From Bdellovibrionota bacterium (lineage in GTDB: Bacteria > Bdellovibrionota_C > UBA2361 > JBGSMV01): a stretch of 64,000 nt of DNA. Of this stretch, positions 1 through 10,152 are shown one piece after another. The notes below the pieces were generated by a model. It worked only from the letters and a program-made list of their open reading frames with translations. It was not told where the DNA came from and did no database searches. The number at the start of each line of letters is the position of its first letter. Within the stretch, counting starts at the first letter, position 1. The stretch covers positions 72,910 to 136,909 of the forward strand of contig JBIKWF010000002.1 in assembly GCA_044356455.1 (NCBI GenBank). Reading direction: 5' to 3'. The position numbers and the translations under genes are program-made.

Positions 1-16
1 CGCAAACATGACAATC

Positions 17-265
17 TCACGGAATGGTTAAGATGGGAGACCCAGACCAGACAAGGGCCAGGCACTCAGCAATAGCTGGCGGCGGTTTGTCCCCCTCTCC
101 AGTAAGAATGATTCGTCCAAAAGTAGAAAGTTCTACCGCACCCCTAAGACGCGCCCGCTGGAACTCATCTAGACGAGCACGACTAAGAGCAAGATAGACA
201 TAGGCTGGGTTCTGGTGCTCGTCCTCAACGGCGCAGAGCACTAAAACTTCAGGCTCTTCTTCCAT
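17..265 (-). CDS. Hypothetical protein (~82 aa)
   Basis: Short ORF with protein-like composition; ATG at 265; no recognisable motif. Confidence 0.55.
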   Translation of the reverse strand: MEEEPEVLVLCAVEDEHQNPAYVYLALSRARLDEFQRARLRGAVELSTFGRIILTGEGDKPPPAIAECLALVWSGSPILTIP

Positions 266-380
266 CAAGAAACGCTAGCATCGAGTAGAATGGCAACCAA
301 ACTTTTCTTAGCGAACCTCTGAAAAAGTCCACTCGGTGAGCTCTGTGCCCTCTGTGGTTAATTTAAACTGTTGAAAAATC

Positions 381-402
381 AGAGAGAGAGAGAGAGAGAG
401 AG
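381..402. repeat. (AG)11 microsatellite
   Basis: agagagagagagagagagagag read directly; it occupies the position of the right arm of a CACAGAG-type hairpin. Confidence 0.9.
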
Positions 403-547
403 AAAAAACTCCACTCTTAATACACCGCCGTGAACTCCGTGTCCTCCGTGGTGAATTCCTTGATGAAAGTTTCACCACGGAGTGAGCTGCAGAAATCTAG
501 ACCTGATCTTCCAGTTAATGTAGGGGTGTTTCGAGAGGGAAGCTTAA

Positions 548-618
548 AACGCGAAGGACGCGATGGACACGAAGGTATTGAATTCTCTTCCCTTCGTATC
601 CATCGCGTCCTTCGCGTT
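548..618. repeat. 28-bp-arm inverted repeat (REP-like hairpin)
   Basis: aacgcgaaggacgcgatggacacgaagg ... ccttcgtatccatcgcgtccttcgcgtt, one mismatch. Confidence 0.85.
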
Positions 619-754
619 ACAATCGGTAGCTCACAAAACCTCGGACACTGGCTGTAAGATTAAGTCGCGCCTTTCGCAGGTGAGTTTCTCAGAGGTTCCC
701 TAACTTTTGGCTGCGCCCAGCCATCCGAAGCTTGGGTTGAGAAAGGACGAGAGG

Positions 755-2275
755 TCAAAGTTCAAGCAAGTAGCGTGCAAGCGTTCGCGCCGCAAAACCC
801 GTACCACCTTTACGCACGGCTCCCTTGTCTCCATCACTCATGGCCGGCCCCGCAATATCAAGATGCGCCCACGGGGTCTTGAGGACAAATTCCTTAAGGA
901 ACAATGCTGCGGTTATAGCGCCGCCCACGGGGCCTCCGGTATTCTTGATATCTGCGATAGGACTCTTAATTAAGTCTTTGTATTCTGGAGCAAGAGGCAT
1001 ACGCCAGAAGCGCTCACCTTCGGTAGCGCCCGCTTCAATGAGACCCGTGGCTAACTTTTCATCAGTGGCGAAAAGTCCTGCGTAGTCATTACCAAGAGCC
1101 ACGACACAAGCACCCGTGAGAGTCGCAACGTCAATAATTTGGTCGGTCCCTTCTTGCTCAGCAAGTGTGAGAGCATCGCTAAGAATAAGCCGGCCCTCTG
1201 CATCGGTGTTCAGAATCTCCATGCTTTTTCCGCTTATTCCACGCACGACATCTCCCGGTCTCGTGGCCCTTCCGTTGATCATATTCTCGACGGTTGGAAT
1301 ATACGCGCGCACTTCGTGTGGGCAGCCAAGCTCTGCAATAATTCGCAGGGCGCCAAGCACGGCAGCGGCACCTGACATGTCTATTTTCATCGTCTCCATA
1401 CCGCCAGCGGTCTTTATGGAAAGTCCTCCACTATCAAAAGTGACGCCCTTACCAACAAGGGTAATCACACGCTTGGTCCGTTTTTTAGGCTTGTAGGCAA
1501 GTTTAAGAAGATAAGGAGGCTCCTCGCTTCCCTGAGCAACCGCGAGAAGTGCATGCGCGCCCAGCTTTTCAAGTTGCTTCTTATCGAACGCCTTAAACGA
1601 AAGTCCCCAGCGACGCGCGAGATCGCGCGCACTTTTAAGAAGCACTCCCGGTGTACAGTCTCGCGCCGGGGTATTTACTAGGTCTCGCGCCAATATCGTC
1701 CCGCTCGTAAAGGCGCTTGCTTCTAAGACCGCGTCTCGCGCTCTTGAACCATCTCCCGAGGTAACGAGGCTAAGCTGCGGCGCTTTGAAAGAGTTCTTAA
1801 CTTCGCTTTCATTCTTATAGCGAAGGAAGCGGTACATTCCGAGCTCAACGCCTTGCGCTATGGCCTGCACAAAGGCGCCGTCTTTCGAGAACTCTCCGAG
1901 GAGAACCGCGACGGTTCGAGCCTTCACTCGTCTTGCGTGATCACTGATAGTGGCGCCTAGTTTTCGCGCCAGCGAAAAGCGATCGAAAGTTTCCTTATCC
2001 GCTTTTCCTGTTCCAAGCAGAACCAACTCAAGAATTTTCTTCCTTCTGAGCAGGGGAACAGAAAGAACTGCTCCCTTAGCACCTTCGAATTTCTCACGAA
2101 GCACAAGCTCCTTAAGAAGCCCCCCAGATAGATGGGAGAGCTCCTTGAGGGCTTCCTCCGAGCGCGGAAGAGACTTGGTTGAAGTAAGTGCCTTGGCAAG
2201 ATCGGGCGAAGCGAGAGCCACCACAAGTTCTGAACCAAGAACCGACGCGGAGAATGGAATTACCTTCATGTTCAT
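755..2275 (-). CDS. pepA: Leucyl aminopeptidase (M17 family)
   Basis: Motifs VGKGVTFDSGG, MKIDMSGAA, NTDAEGRL, WAHLDIAG. Start moved to ATG 2275 because the ORF extension runs through a repeat element. Confidence 0.95.
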   Translation of the reverse strand: MNMKVIPFSASVLGSELVVALASPDLAKALTSTKSLPRSEEALKELSHLSGGLLKELVLREKFEGAKGAVLSVPLLRRKKILELVLLGTGKADKETFDRFSLARKLGATISDHARRVKARTVAVLLGEFSKDGAFVQAIAQGVELGMYRFLRYKNESEVKNSFKAPQLSLVTSGDGSRARDAVLEASAFTSGTILARDLVNTPARDCTPGVLLKSARDLARRWGLSFKAFDKKQLEKLGAHALLAVAQGSEEPPYLLKLAYKPKKRTKRVITLVGKGVTFDSGGLSIKTAGGMETMKIDMSGAAAVLGALRIIAELGCPHEVRAYIPTVENMINGRATRPGDVVRGISGKSMEILNTDAEGRLILSDALTLAEQEGTDQIIDVATLTGACVVALGNDYAGLFATDEKLATGLIEAGATEGERFWRMPLAPEYKDLIKSPIADIKNTGGPVGGAITAALFLKEFVLKTPWAHLDIAGPAMSDGDKGAVRKGGTGFAARTLARYLLEL

Positions 2276-2340
2276 GCGCGCATTGTAAAGAGCACGAACG
2301 AATTGCGCCACGGAGCAGAAATAGAAGTACCTATTACTAA

Positions 2341-2470
2341 GGAGCTTCTCAAAGATTTCAATTCCTAATACACCTCTGTGTACCTCTGCGTCCTCTGCGG
2401 TGAACCTCTTAACTATAATTTCATCACTGAGGACACGGAGGTACACAGAGGTGAGTTTTTCATAGGTTCC
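2341..2470. mobile_element. MITE-like element (family A) with long hairpin
   Basis: CTAA|GGAGCTTCTCAAAGAT ... GTTTTTCATAGGTTCC|TTAA; internal hairpin cacctctgtgtacctctgcgtcctc.../...gaggacacggaggtacacagaggtg. Confidence 0.7.
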
Positions 2471-2500
2471 TTAAGTAATGTTCTATTGTGGTGAGCACGC

Positions 2501-2588
2501 GACCGGCAGGGGAATGCACCTGGCGCCCGGAGCGGGGGAAAGCACAGCGCGGCTGCAATAGCCTCCAAGGGAATGCCCAACACCGGCC
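2501..2588 (-). ncRNA. Candidate structured RNA, family unassigned
   Basis: GC-rich intergenic segment; the minus strand closes with GGCCGG/CCGGUC and has internal stems GGCU/AGCC and GCGC/GCGC. Not matched to any family I recognise. Confidence 0.3.
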
Positions 2589-2688
2589 TAAGAGGCTGAA
2601 ATTACTAGAGAGACAAGCGAGCCAGGGCCTTCAGTAATTTTCCTAACTTGTCGATCTTCCTGTGGGGATTGATGGGTCAGGGCCAGCT

Positions 2689-4224
2689 ATGAACAATTTT
2701 AATATGAATCAACGGCCAGCAAGCGCCTCGCACGATATTCTGTTCATTGATAGGGGAGACCCCACCTCTGCAAAGGTGCGCGAATCGCTTCAGCGCAAGG
2801 GCTTTACCGTCAAGGGAGCAAAGTCCGCCGAGGATGCCGCATCAGTCCTTGAATCACTCGTGCGGCCTATTCTTGTAATCGATTGCGGCACTCGTCCCGG
2901 GGCCAAGGAGTACGTCGGTCCCTTCTGCAAGATGCCTGCACTGCAGCGTGCTCCCGTTATTGTACTTGGGAAAGATGTTGACGGTCTTGCCAGTGAGCTG
3001 AAAGAGATCTTTGCTCTCGCCTCGACTCTTCGAACGCCATGTAGTCAGCAAGACCTGCTTGAGACGATTAACTACATCTCAACCAACTATCCTGATCCGA
3101 ACGCTGCCCCGCGCAGTTCTTCCGGGGCCATAGCCCGCGAAACTCCCGCAACGCCCCCCAAAGTTGCTCCTGTTCCCCCCAAACCTGCGACGGAAGACGA
3201 ACCACAAGTCCCAAGTCACCGGCTTTACGACCAAGCGGCCTCAATCCCCAGTCTCTTTTTTGAGCAGCTTCAGCGCTTCAACATTGTCGACAGGGAACTT
3301 GGAGGCGCAGACTTTGTTGCGATGTCGCACCCCACGGAGAATCTGCCCTTGGGTGCCCTGCCTTCCGATCCTAAGCGCAAGCAGCTCATAGGCGGCATTC
3401 AAGAGATCGCCGGGAAATGGGGGCGTAATCATCTTCTGCGCGTCGCGACACTCACACAAAGAATGCTGGCCCCACTTGAAATCGACCCCAGCTTAAGAGA
3501 AGCGGCTCAGGCCGCCTCCTCGCTCTACGCGCTCTCGATATCTGAGACCAATCGCTCCATTTTTAGAAAAGAGTTCATAGGACGAGGCTCACTTCTTCTA
3601 AGGAAGGAACTTTGCAGCCGCGTTAAAGACAGCGCGTACGCGCTGGCCACGACCCACCAACTCCCGCGGGAAGCAGAGATTGTATCCACGCTCGCTAAAC
3701 TTATCGGAAGAGAAGACGCCATAGCGGACACCCCCGTGAGCCTGGTCGCATCCGCAATTATGGCAAGCGACCTTGCCGATCGACTCTGTTACCAATCTGG
3801 GCACTGGAACCCTCGCGCCGCTCACAGCCTGATGCGCCGTATCGGTTCCGGAAAACTCAGAGATCTTCACCCAGCGGTCACCTGCTGCCTTGCGAAGTTT
3901 CTCTCGGAGGCGCTTGCCAAGAGTAATCCTGCGCACCTCATCCGCAAGGATATTCGCGAGAACGTGGACCTCATCGAAAAGGCTCGCACTAACAGAGAGC
4001 AACCCGTAGCCGCAAATGAAACGAAGATTACTCTCGACCGACTCCTTCCCGGGATGAAACTCTCGCAGCCTTTGTTTGCATTTGATGGCAAGCAGCTTCT
4101 CGAAGAGGACCTTACTCTCGATCAAGATCTCATCTGGCGCATATGGCAGCTTTCAGCCCTTAGGCCAATTAACGCTCCGGTCATTGTGGTGCGAAAAAGC
4201 GCGCCGACTGGCGCTGATAAGTAA
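2689..4224 (+). CDS. Atypical response regulator with degenerate HD-GYP-like and C-terminal domains
   Basis: N-terminal receiver fold (DILFID...LVIDC), Pro-rich linker, HLLRVA helix, C-terminal LLPGMKLSQPLFAFDGKQLL segment typical of HD-GYP-associated domains. Confidence 0.65.
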   Translation: MNNFNMNQRPASASHDILFIDRGDPTSAKVRESLQRKGFTVKGAKSAEDAASVLESLVRPILVIDCGTRPGAKEYVGPFCKMPALQRAPVIVLGKDVDGLASELKEIFALASTLRTPCSQQDLLETINYISTNYPDPNAAPRSSSGAIARETPATPPKVAPVPPKPATEDEPQVPSHRLYDQAASIPSLFFEQLQRFNIVDRELGGADFVAMSHPTENLPLGALPSDPKRKQLIGGIQEIAGKWGRNHLLRVATLTQRMLAPLEIDPSLREAAQAASSLYALSISETNRSIFRKEFIGRGSLLLRKELCSRVKDSAYALATTHQLPREAEIVSTLAKLIGREDAIADTPVSLVASAIMASDLADRLCYQSGHWNPRAAHSLMRRIGSGKLRDLHPAVTCCLAKFLSEALAKSNPAHLIRKDIRENVDLIEKARTNREQPVAANETKITLDRLLPGMKLSQPLFAFDGKQLLEEDLTLDQDLIWRIWQLSALRPINAPVIVVRKSAPTGADK

Positions 4225-4299
4225 ACACCGCATTCCGCGACTTTGAGGTCTTCTTTGGTTAAAAAAAACAGCCAATAAGAGCACGAAGGGGGATATTAG

Positions 4300-4483
4300 G
4301 GAACCTCTGAAAAACTAGCTCTCGGCATCCCCCCGACTCCGCCAAAGCTATGCCGCGGCCGCACTGAAGCCAGGATCGACGCAGGAGTAGGCGGCTCCGC
4401 GTTCATTGAAACGTATTGTATAGCGCCGAGGACGCGGGGTACGCGGAGAAAAAAAAACAATCTGGGGGTTTTTCAGAGGTTCT
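4300..4483. mobile_element. MITE-like element (family A) with TTAG on both sides
   Basis: TTAG|GGAACCTCTGAAAAAC ... GTTTTTCAGAGGTTCT|TTAG; interior similar to 38630-38758. Confidence 0.75.
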
Positions 4484-5419
4484 TTAGCTACCCTGTGCCT
4501 CTAACCAGCGCTCAGCTTCAATCGCCGCCATGCACCCAGTCCCCGCCGCAGTAATTGCCTGACGGAACACGTGGTCCTGGACATCCCCACAGGCGAACAC
4601 GCCCGGAATGTTGGTCGCTGCCGAGTTGGGCTTGGGAACTATGTAGCCATTCTCGTCCATCGTAATCTTGCCTGCGAACAGGCTTGAGTTCGGAGTGTGG
4701 CCAATCGCAACGAAAACGGCGTCGCAGGCTACTTGCTCTTCGGCCCCCGTATCCGAACGCTTCATGACCACATGCGTTATTCCCTTCTCCTTTGAGCCTT
4801 CAATCTTCTGCGGAATACGGTTGAGGACGAGCTCGATCTTCGGGTTCGCCCTGACGCGATCTTGCATGATCTTGGAGGCGCGCAACTGATCTCGGCGATG
4901 CACGAGCAGCACCTTACTTCCAAAACGAGTGAGGAAGTTTGCTTCTTCGCAAGCAGAGTCTCCTCCACCAATCACCATGATAACCTTGTTACGGAAGAAA
5001 GCCCCGTCACAGGTCGCGCAGGTCGAAACTCCAAAGCCAAGAAGCTCTCGCTCCCCGGGGATCCCGATGTACTTTGGTGTTGCACCCGTCGCAATGATAA
5101 GCGTGTCGCAAGAGAGACTGACCTTGCCCGTCTTAAGCACAAAAGGCCTACGAGAAAGCTCAACTTCGGTCACCGTATCGACAAGAATGGTAGTTCCGAA
5201 GCGCTTTGCCTGCGCCTCCATATGCTGCATGAGGTCCGGGCCCATAACGCCCTCAGGAAAGCCAGGGAAGTTTTCAACCTCTGTGGTGGTAGTCAGCTGC
5301 CCACCAGGTAGAGGGCCATGTACGAGAAGCGGGCTTAAATTGGCTCGGCCCGTATAAATAGCCGCCGTAAGGCCCGCCGGACCCGAACCAAGAATGATGA
5401 CTTTGTGGTGTTGTGTCAT
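4484..5419 (-). CDS. trxB: Thioredoxin-disulfide reductase
   Basis: GSGPAG FAD motif, CATCDG redox motif, [14 protein letters not shown]; start at MTQHHKV. Confidence 0.96.
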   Translation of the reverse strand: MTQHHKVIILGSGPAGLTAAIYTGRANLSPLLVHGPLPGGQLTTTTEVENFPGFPEGVMGPDLMQHMEAQAKRFGTTILVDTVTEVELSRRPFVLKTGKVSLSCDTLIIATGATPKYIGIPGERELLGFGVSTCATCDGAFFRNKVIMVIGGGDSACEEANFLTRFGSKVLLVHRRDQLRASKIMQDRVRANPKIELVLNRIPQKIEGSKEKGITHVVMKRSDTGAEEQVACDAVFVAIGHTPNSSLFAGKITMDENGYIVPKPNSAATNIPGVFACGDVQDHVFRQAITAAGTGCMAAIEAERWLEAQGS

Positions 5420-5575
5420 AGAAAGCCTTACAAACGGGTTCCTCCGGGAGCCTTCCCCCGCAACTCCTTGATCCAAGGGACGCTTCGTTCAATTAGACTA
5501 CACTTCCCTGGCGCCAAGGAGTAAACAAGGCATACCGCGAACATGCGGCACTTCCAAGATGAGGCTCCTTAACGC

Positions 5576-7447
5576 ATGAAGCAGCAACATACTAGAATCA
5601 GTAAAGTTCTAATTGCAAACCGAGGCGAAATCGCCCTTCGCATCCAACGCGCCTGTCACAAACTTGGAATAAAAACGGTCTCGGTGGCCTCCGAAGCTGA
5701 TAAGGAAAGCCTCTTTGCCCGAAGTGCGGATGAGCTTGTCATCATCGGCCCGGCCCCCGCCCGTGAATCCTATCTGAGAGCGGACAAACTTGTTGAAATT
5801 GCAAAAGAGCGCGGCTGTAACGCAGTACACCCCGGCTATGGATTTCTTTCCGAGAACGCTGAATTTGCCCAGCGAGTAGAGGATGCAGGCCTTATCTTCA
5901 TAGGCCCAAGCCCCCAAAGTATCGCCGCGCTTGGAAGCAAGACTAAAGCTAAGGCCATCGCGGCCGCAGCCAAGGTGCCCTGTGCGCCAAGTAGTCCCGC
6001 CGGACTCTCAAATGAAGAGCTCCTTAACGCAGCCGATAAAATTGGCTACCCCGTTCTCGTAAAGGCTGTCGCGGGCGGCGGTGGGCGAGGCATGCGAAAC
6101 GCCTTTAATCGAGAGGAGCTTGCCGAGGCACTCCCAAGAGCACGCGGGGAGGCCCTTAAGTTTTTTGCCAATGAAGATATATACCTGGAAAAGCTCATCG
6201 ACCGACCTAGGCACGTTGAAGTTCAGATCTTCGGAGACAAGCATGGCAATCTTGTTCATCTAGGAACTCGTGACTGCTCCACACAACGCAGGCACCAAAA
6301 ACTCATCGAGGAGGCACCTGCCCCTCACTTATCCCCAGAGCTCCGCGCGAGAATTCACCAAGCGGCCTTAGCAGCAGCACGAGAATCTGGGTACTACAAT
6401 GCCGGCACCGTTGAGTTCTTAGTAAAAGACGGAGAATTCTTCTTTCTTGAAGTAAACACGAGAATCCAGGTCGAGCATCCCGTTACAGAAGCCATCACAG
6501 GGCTAGACCTGGTGGAGCTCCAGCTTAGAGTTGCTCAAGGAGAGAAGCTCCCCTTCACTCAGGATGAAGTTACGTTCACAGGGCATGCCATTGAATTTCG
6601 AATTTGCGCAGAAGACCCCGCCCAAGGGTTTAGGCCGGCGACAGGTAAAATTACCACGCTACGCTCCGCTAAATTCCCTTGGGTAAGGGAGGACACGGGC
6701 TTCCTGGAAGGAGACAGCGTTTCATCACATTACGACTCCATGCTCTCCAAAGTAATCGTTCTTGGCGGCTCACGCGGCGACGCCATCGATAAAAGCCTAG
6801 AGTTTTTGAGTAGTTATATCATTCTAGGAGTGCCCTCCACAATTGCTTTGCATCTTTGGGCTCTATACAATGGGCTGTTCCGGTCTCGCCCCCTAGATAT
6901 AGGCTACGTGGAGCGAGAATTTTCTGTTAAGAGTTTGTTAGGACTTCGCGCTGCTGAGGTTCGGGACCCGGAGTGGCGTCTGCCCTTAGGAATATCCCTT
7001 GGAACAGCTTCCTGTGAAGCTGCTTCTCGTGAGTCTGATTCCCACAAGCCTTCCCAAAAGGAGGAGTGCTTACAAGGAACGACGAGAACCAAGGATTTGT
7101 TGCTTCCTAAGACGCAGAACCCGGGATCAGGTGAGCATCAGGCTGATAAGGCCTTAAATAGTCAGGGACCTTTAAGTCCCGGCTTATGTGAACTCGATCC
7201 AATAGGAGCAACCGTGAAAGGAGCGAACGTGAAGAACGTATATCAATATCAGTCAGAGAAATTTAAGACTACTTATACCATTGAAATCCTTCATAAGCGT
7301 GATGGATTCTTCGTGGCGGTCCCTGTTGATTCCTCCGGTCGCAGAGGAAAGAGCAACAACTGCCGCATGTCGAATGGACTTAATACGGTGATGCATTCTC
7401 TTATCCACGACGTTCTTGAGAAGACGCCGCCTTCAGAAATATTCTAA
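5576..7447 (+). CDS. accC: Biotin carboxylase (acyl-CoA carboxylase alpha/AccC-like) with atypical C-terminal extension
   Basis: ANRGEIA, HPGYGFLSEN, GGGGRGM, QRRHQKLIEEAP, EVNTRIQVEHPVTE; no biotin-attachment MKM motif. Confidence 0.88.
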   Translation: MKQQHTRISKVLIANRGEIALRIQRACHKLGIKTVSVASEADKESLFARSADELVIIGPAPARESYLRADKLVEIAKERGCNAVHPGYGFLSENAEFAQRVEDAGLIFIGPSPQSIAALGSKTKAKAIAAAAKVPCAPSSPAGLSNEELLNAADKIGYPVLVKAVAGGGGRGMRNAFNREELAEALPRARGEALKFFANEDIYLEKLIDRPRHVEVQIFGDKHGNLVHLGTRDCSTQRRHQKLIEEAPAPHLSPELRARIHQAALAAARESGYYNAGTVEFLVKDGEFFFLEVNTRIQVEHPVTEAITGLDLVELQLRVAQGEKLPFTQDEVTFTGHAIEFRICAEDPAQGFRPATGKITTLRSAKFPWVREDTGFLEGDSVSSHYDSMLSKVIVLGGSRGDAIDKSLEFLSSYIILGVPSTIALHLWALYNGLFRSRPLDIGYVEREFSVKSLLGLRAAEVRDPEWRLPLGISLGTASCEAASRESDSHKPSQKEECLQGTTRTKDLLLPKTQNPGSGEHQADKALNSQGPLSPGLCELDPIGATVKGANVKNVYQYQSEKFKTTYTIEILHKRDGFFVAVPVDSSGRRGKSNNCRMSNGLNTVMHSLIHDVLEKTPPSEIF

Positions 7448-7528
7448 TCAGGAATATTCAAGCGAGTGTCGTTCTAACTCGCTAGAGCCTTCTTTAAGTG
7501 ATGTAGCTCCTTGAATCAGAACTGTAAG

Positions 7529-7560
7529 AAAAAAAGGGCCCTTCGGGGTCCTTTTTTTTT
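7529..7560. terminator. Bidirectional intrinsic terminator
   Basis: aaaaaaagggccc-ttcg-gggtccttttttttt between convergent genes. Confidence 0.9.
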
Positions 7561-7747
7561 ACCTTTTGGCGGCACTGAAACAAGATCTTCCAGTTTCCTA
7601 GGACTTTATACGCTCAACTAGCAGAGTCCCAAACCCATAGGCCAATTAGCGAACAAGCGAGAACCGTCTCGCGATACCAAGTCTCTTTGCTCGGAGCGTC
7701 TCCCGGGAGGGGGAAAACGCTTTTTGCCGAGCATGTGAAGGCGGACT

Positions 7748-8272
7748 TTACTCGGCCTCAAAAACGACGAGATACTGAGCCCGAACAGCCGGCACGATGA
7801 GGCAGATCGGCTCTTCGAGGCTTAGGGGCTTGGACCCGCAGGCGTACTCGTGAACCAGCATCAAAGCATGGCCCTCATTGACGCCTAGAATCTCACCCAT
7901 CACGCTCAGACACCCGATTTGCCCCTTGTAGGAAGGCAGCTCGGTCCAGTCCGGAAGCGCCGAATTGTCCCTGTCGAAGGGGAATGTGAAGGCAACATCG
8001 TCCATGACATCCCTCCCCTCCGGCAGGAGAACCTTGAGCGTTCCACGCTGTCGAATCATGTCGACCGCGAACTTCTCAGCCCCATCAAGAGGCTGAGCGT
8101 TCCCGCCGAGCACCTTCTGGCGCGCCTCTCCGAAGAGCGCCTCGAAAACGCATGCCATGTACGGCGCCATCTGCAAACCAGTTGTAGACTCCAAAGTGGA
8201 TCCTTTCCGCTTACCAAAGTCAGCATCACCTAGAGCCGCAGCGCTGCGGCAAATAACCAGACTTGCTGACAT
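7748..8272 (-). CDS. Hypothetical protein
   Basis: 174-aa ORF with gagg RBS-like sequence upstream; no motif recognised. Confidence 0.65.
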   Translation of the reverse strand: MSASLVICRSAAALGDADFGKRKGSTLESTTGLQMAPYMACVFEALFGEARQKVLGGNAQPLDGAEKFAVDMIRQRGTLKVLLPEGRDVMDDVAFTFPFDRDNSALPDWTELPSYKGQIGCLSVMGEILGVNEGHALMLVHEYACGSKPLSLEEPICLIVPAVRAQYLVVFEAE

Positions 8273-8661
8273 TTCAGCGCCTCAGTAAGGCACTCAAGTT
8301 GTCAGCAAGAAACCTTAAAACTCCCGGGAGTGCTCCGGGAGAGACACCTGTCTCTCCACAAGCCTCCAAGGCCCTGCTTCTACTCACAAATTTTTTTGAG
8401 GTCTCCGAAAGGCTCCCAAAAAGGAGCGCTTAAGGGACAATGGTTATGGGCAACTCTGCAAGTTGGTAGCTTTAGATTTTGCGATTCTTCCGTCTCTATT
8501 AGTCCCGTCTCTCTTAGTCTCAGAGAACTTGCGCGAAGAGTTGTAAAAAAGATGCCCGCAAAGCAGATAAGAAACCCAGCAATTCCAGAGGCCTAGAATA
8601 TTATCTTGCGCTCGCACAGGCAAGCTCGGCTGCCCCTATTCGAACTTAAAAGACGAGTTCT

Positions 8662-9435
8662 TCACCGCCCCTTCCCAAGGTACGGAGCAAAGTAAGGTGG
8701 TGTCGGTGCTTCAAACGCGCCAACTCCGGCAATCTTCAAACTTGCCGCATGAAGAGCAAATGGCGGAATTCCCTCGCCCGGATTCAGCAAGTTTCCCTTG
8801 GAACCATAGAGAGCGTCTCCTAAAAGTGGGTGTCCCAAAGCTGCGGCATGGACGCGGACCTGATGCCGCCTGCCGGTTGAGGCTTCGACTTCGGCAAGAG
8901 TCCACGCGCCATGCGGGTCGCGAACCAAGGAGGTAAAATGAGATTCGGCCGGCTGGGCCCTCTCGCGTCCAGCCTGCTTCTTTCCAGCCACATAGGCTCG
9001 CACCTTACTTGCTCTTCGGTAGGGGGAGCCTATGGGCGCATCAATTGAAATCTGTGATTCAAGGCGCCCTTCGAGGACAACAAGATACCTCTTCTCAGCA
9101 AGACCCTGCTTGAAGGCCTCGCGAATTCTGTTCCAAGTTTCCTTATTTTTTGCCCCTACCAGAACTCCACTTGTTTCAAAATCTAAGCGCTGCACCAGAC
9201 CGGCATCCCCAGTCTGAGGAGCCACGCCGCCAAGCTCAGGCAATCCGGCAAGAAGCAATCCAGCAACGGACTTGGAGTCTGCTTCTCCGCCCTCGTCCTC
9301 GTCCTGCGCAACGTCTCCCAAACGAGGAAGCTCCACGCTATGAATCAATGCGGGCTTGATGATGGCAAAGAGGTTCGCATCTTCATGGAGCACCACAAGT
9401 CCATGAATGGGAGCGGTTTCTTTGAGATTTTGCAT
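8662..9435 (-). CDS. RluA-family RNA pseudouridine synthase
   Basis: QRLDFETSG catalytic motif, TGRRHQVRVH, GHPLLGDALYG, LHA. Confidence 0.92.
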   Translation of the reverse strand: MQNLKETAPIHGLVVLHEDANLFAIIKPALIHSVELPRLGDVAQDEDEGGEADSKSVAGLLLAGLPELGGVAPQTGDAGLVQRLDFETSGVLVGAKNKETWNRIREAFKQGLAEKRYLVVLEGRLESQISIDAPIGSPYRRASKVRAYVAGKKQAGRERAQPAESHFTSLVRDPHGAWTLAEVEASTGRRHQVRVHAAALGHPLLGDALYGSKGNLLNPGEGIPPFALHAASLKIAGVGAFEAPTPPYFAPYLGKGR

Positions 9436-10044
9436 TTAGTGAATCGTAATTTCCGAGCCATCATTCACAGCGCGGCTTTGAGTTCGCAAGGCAACGAAAG
9501 TAATCTTGATCTGCGACTCCAGAGTTTTGCGATTAGTGGTCAGGCGGTCTGCAATTTCGAGCAGCTTCTTATCATACTCTTCAAAAGCCCAGCGCGGCAC
9601 CTGACGCTTTCTAGATTTCTTTAGAGTCTCCCTCGCATTTGCGGCTTCGAAAAATGCACGCATCAGATCGCACCGTGATTCGACAAGATCCTCCAGTATC
9701 GCAGCGTTAGAAACTGACCTATCAAGACCTTCGGCAACCGAAAGAAGACGCGTGAGAACTGATAAGTTGTGCCCGAGAGACTTCTCGATTAACTGCTCGT
9801 TGGTACGAACTTGTTCAAAGTAAAAAGCCCCCTCGAGCGCTGCAAGGGCCGAAGACCAATCCTTAAGCTCAAGGAGCTTATCGGCACTCCTTAGATCCTG
9901 CTCTTTGCGCCGAAAGCGCGCAGTCTCACCCCAGCCCCGTGTATTACCGGCAAGGGCGGTGAATAAAACCCAAATAAGATAGCCTACGATAGAGGCCCCA
10001 AGGGCCAAAAAAACAATCGCAGGGACAACAAGACTTAAATCCAT
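9436..10044 (-). CDS. Membrane-anchored hypothetical protein (helical/coiled-coil)
   Basis: N-terminal TM helix; abuts the synthase start. Confidence 0.75.
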   Translation of the reverse strand: MDLSLVVPAIVFLALGASIVGYLIWVLFTALAGNTRGWGETARFRRKEQDLRSADKLLELKDWSSALAALEGAFYFEQVRTNEQLIEKSLGHNLSVLTRLLSVAEGLDRSVSNAAILEDLVESRCDLMRAFFEAANARETLKKSRKRQVPRWAFEEYDKKLLEIADRLTTNRKTLESQIKITFVALRTQSRAVNDGSEITIH

Positions 10045-10152
10045 TACTATTATTGTACCTCGTGAAGCCGCTCTGTTCCAGGGGAGCTTCTAAATCTGTT
10101 ATGAGATACCTGGTGCCAGGGGTGGTATTAGAGTCTCCGGGAGACATTTAAG

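Larger units (their letters stand above)
312..699. mobile_element. MITE-like element (family A) carrying three REP-like hairpins
   Basis: Left end CGAACCTCTGAAAAAG (312) follows TTAG; right end GTTTCTCAGAGGTTCC (684-699) precedes CTAA; internal inverted repeats at ~427-482 and 548-618. Confidence 0.65.

Noticed and set aside
430..657. 75-aa ORF, and similar short ORFs at 26210-26729 and 38479-38847
   Set aside because: They run through hairpin or MITE DNA and have no protein features.
2276..2446. N-terminal extension of pepA in the ORF track (…FTAEDAEVHRG…)
   Set aside because: It is a translation of the repeat element at 2341-2470, not aminopeptidase sequence.
2501..2588. tRNA (Cys/Sec) or SRP RNA
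   Set aside because: No TTCRA T-loop, no proper D-arm or CCA end, and no SRP domain IV motif; kept only as an unassigned candidate.
7700..8330. CTCCCGGGAG palindromes flanking the 7748-8272 gene
   Set aside because: Only 10 bp, GC-rich, with no target duplication or recombinase; could be chance.
8440..8600. Minus-strand hydrophobic stretch (ASGIAGFLICFAGIFF) suggesting a gene remnant
   Set aside because: No start codon and too short to assign.
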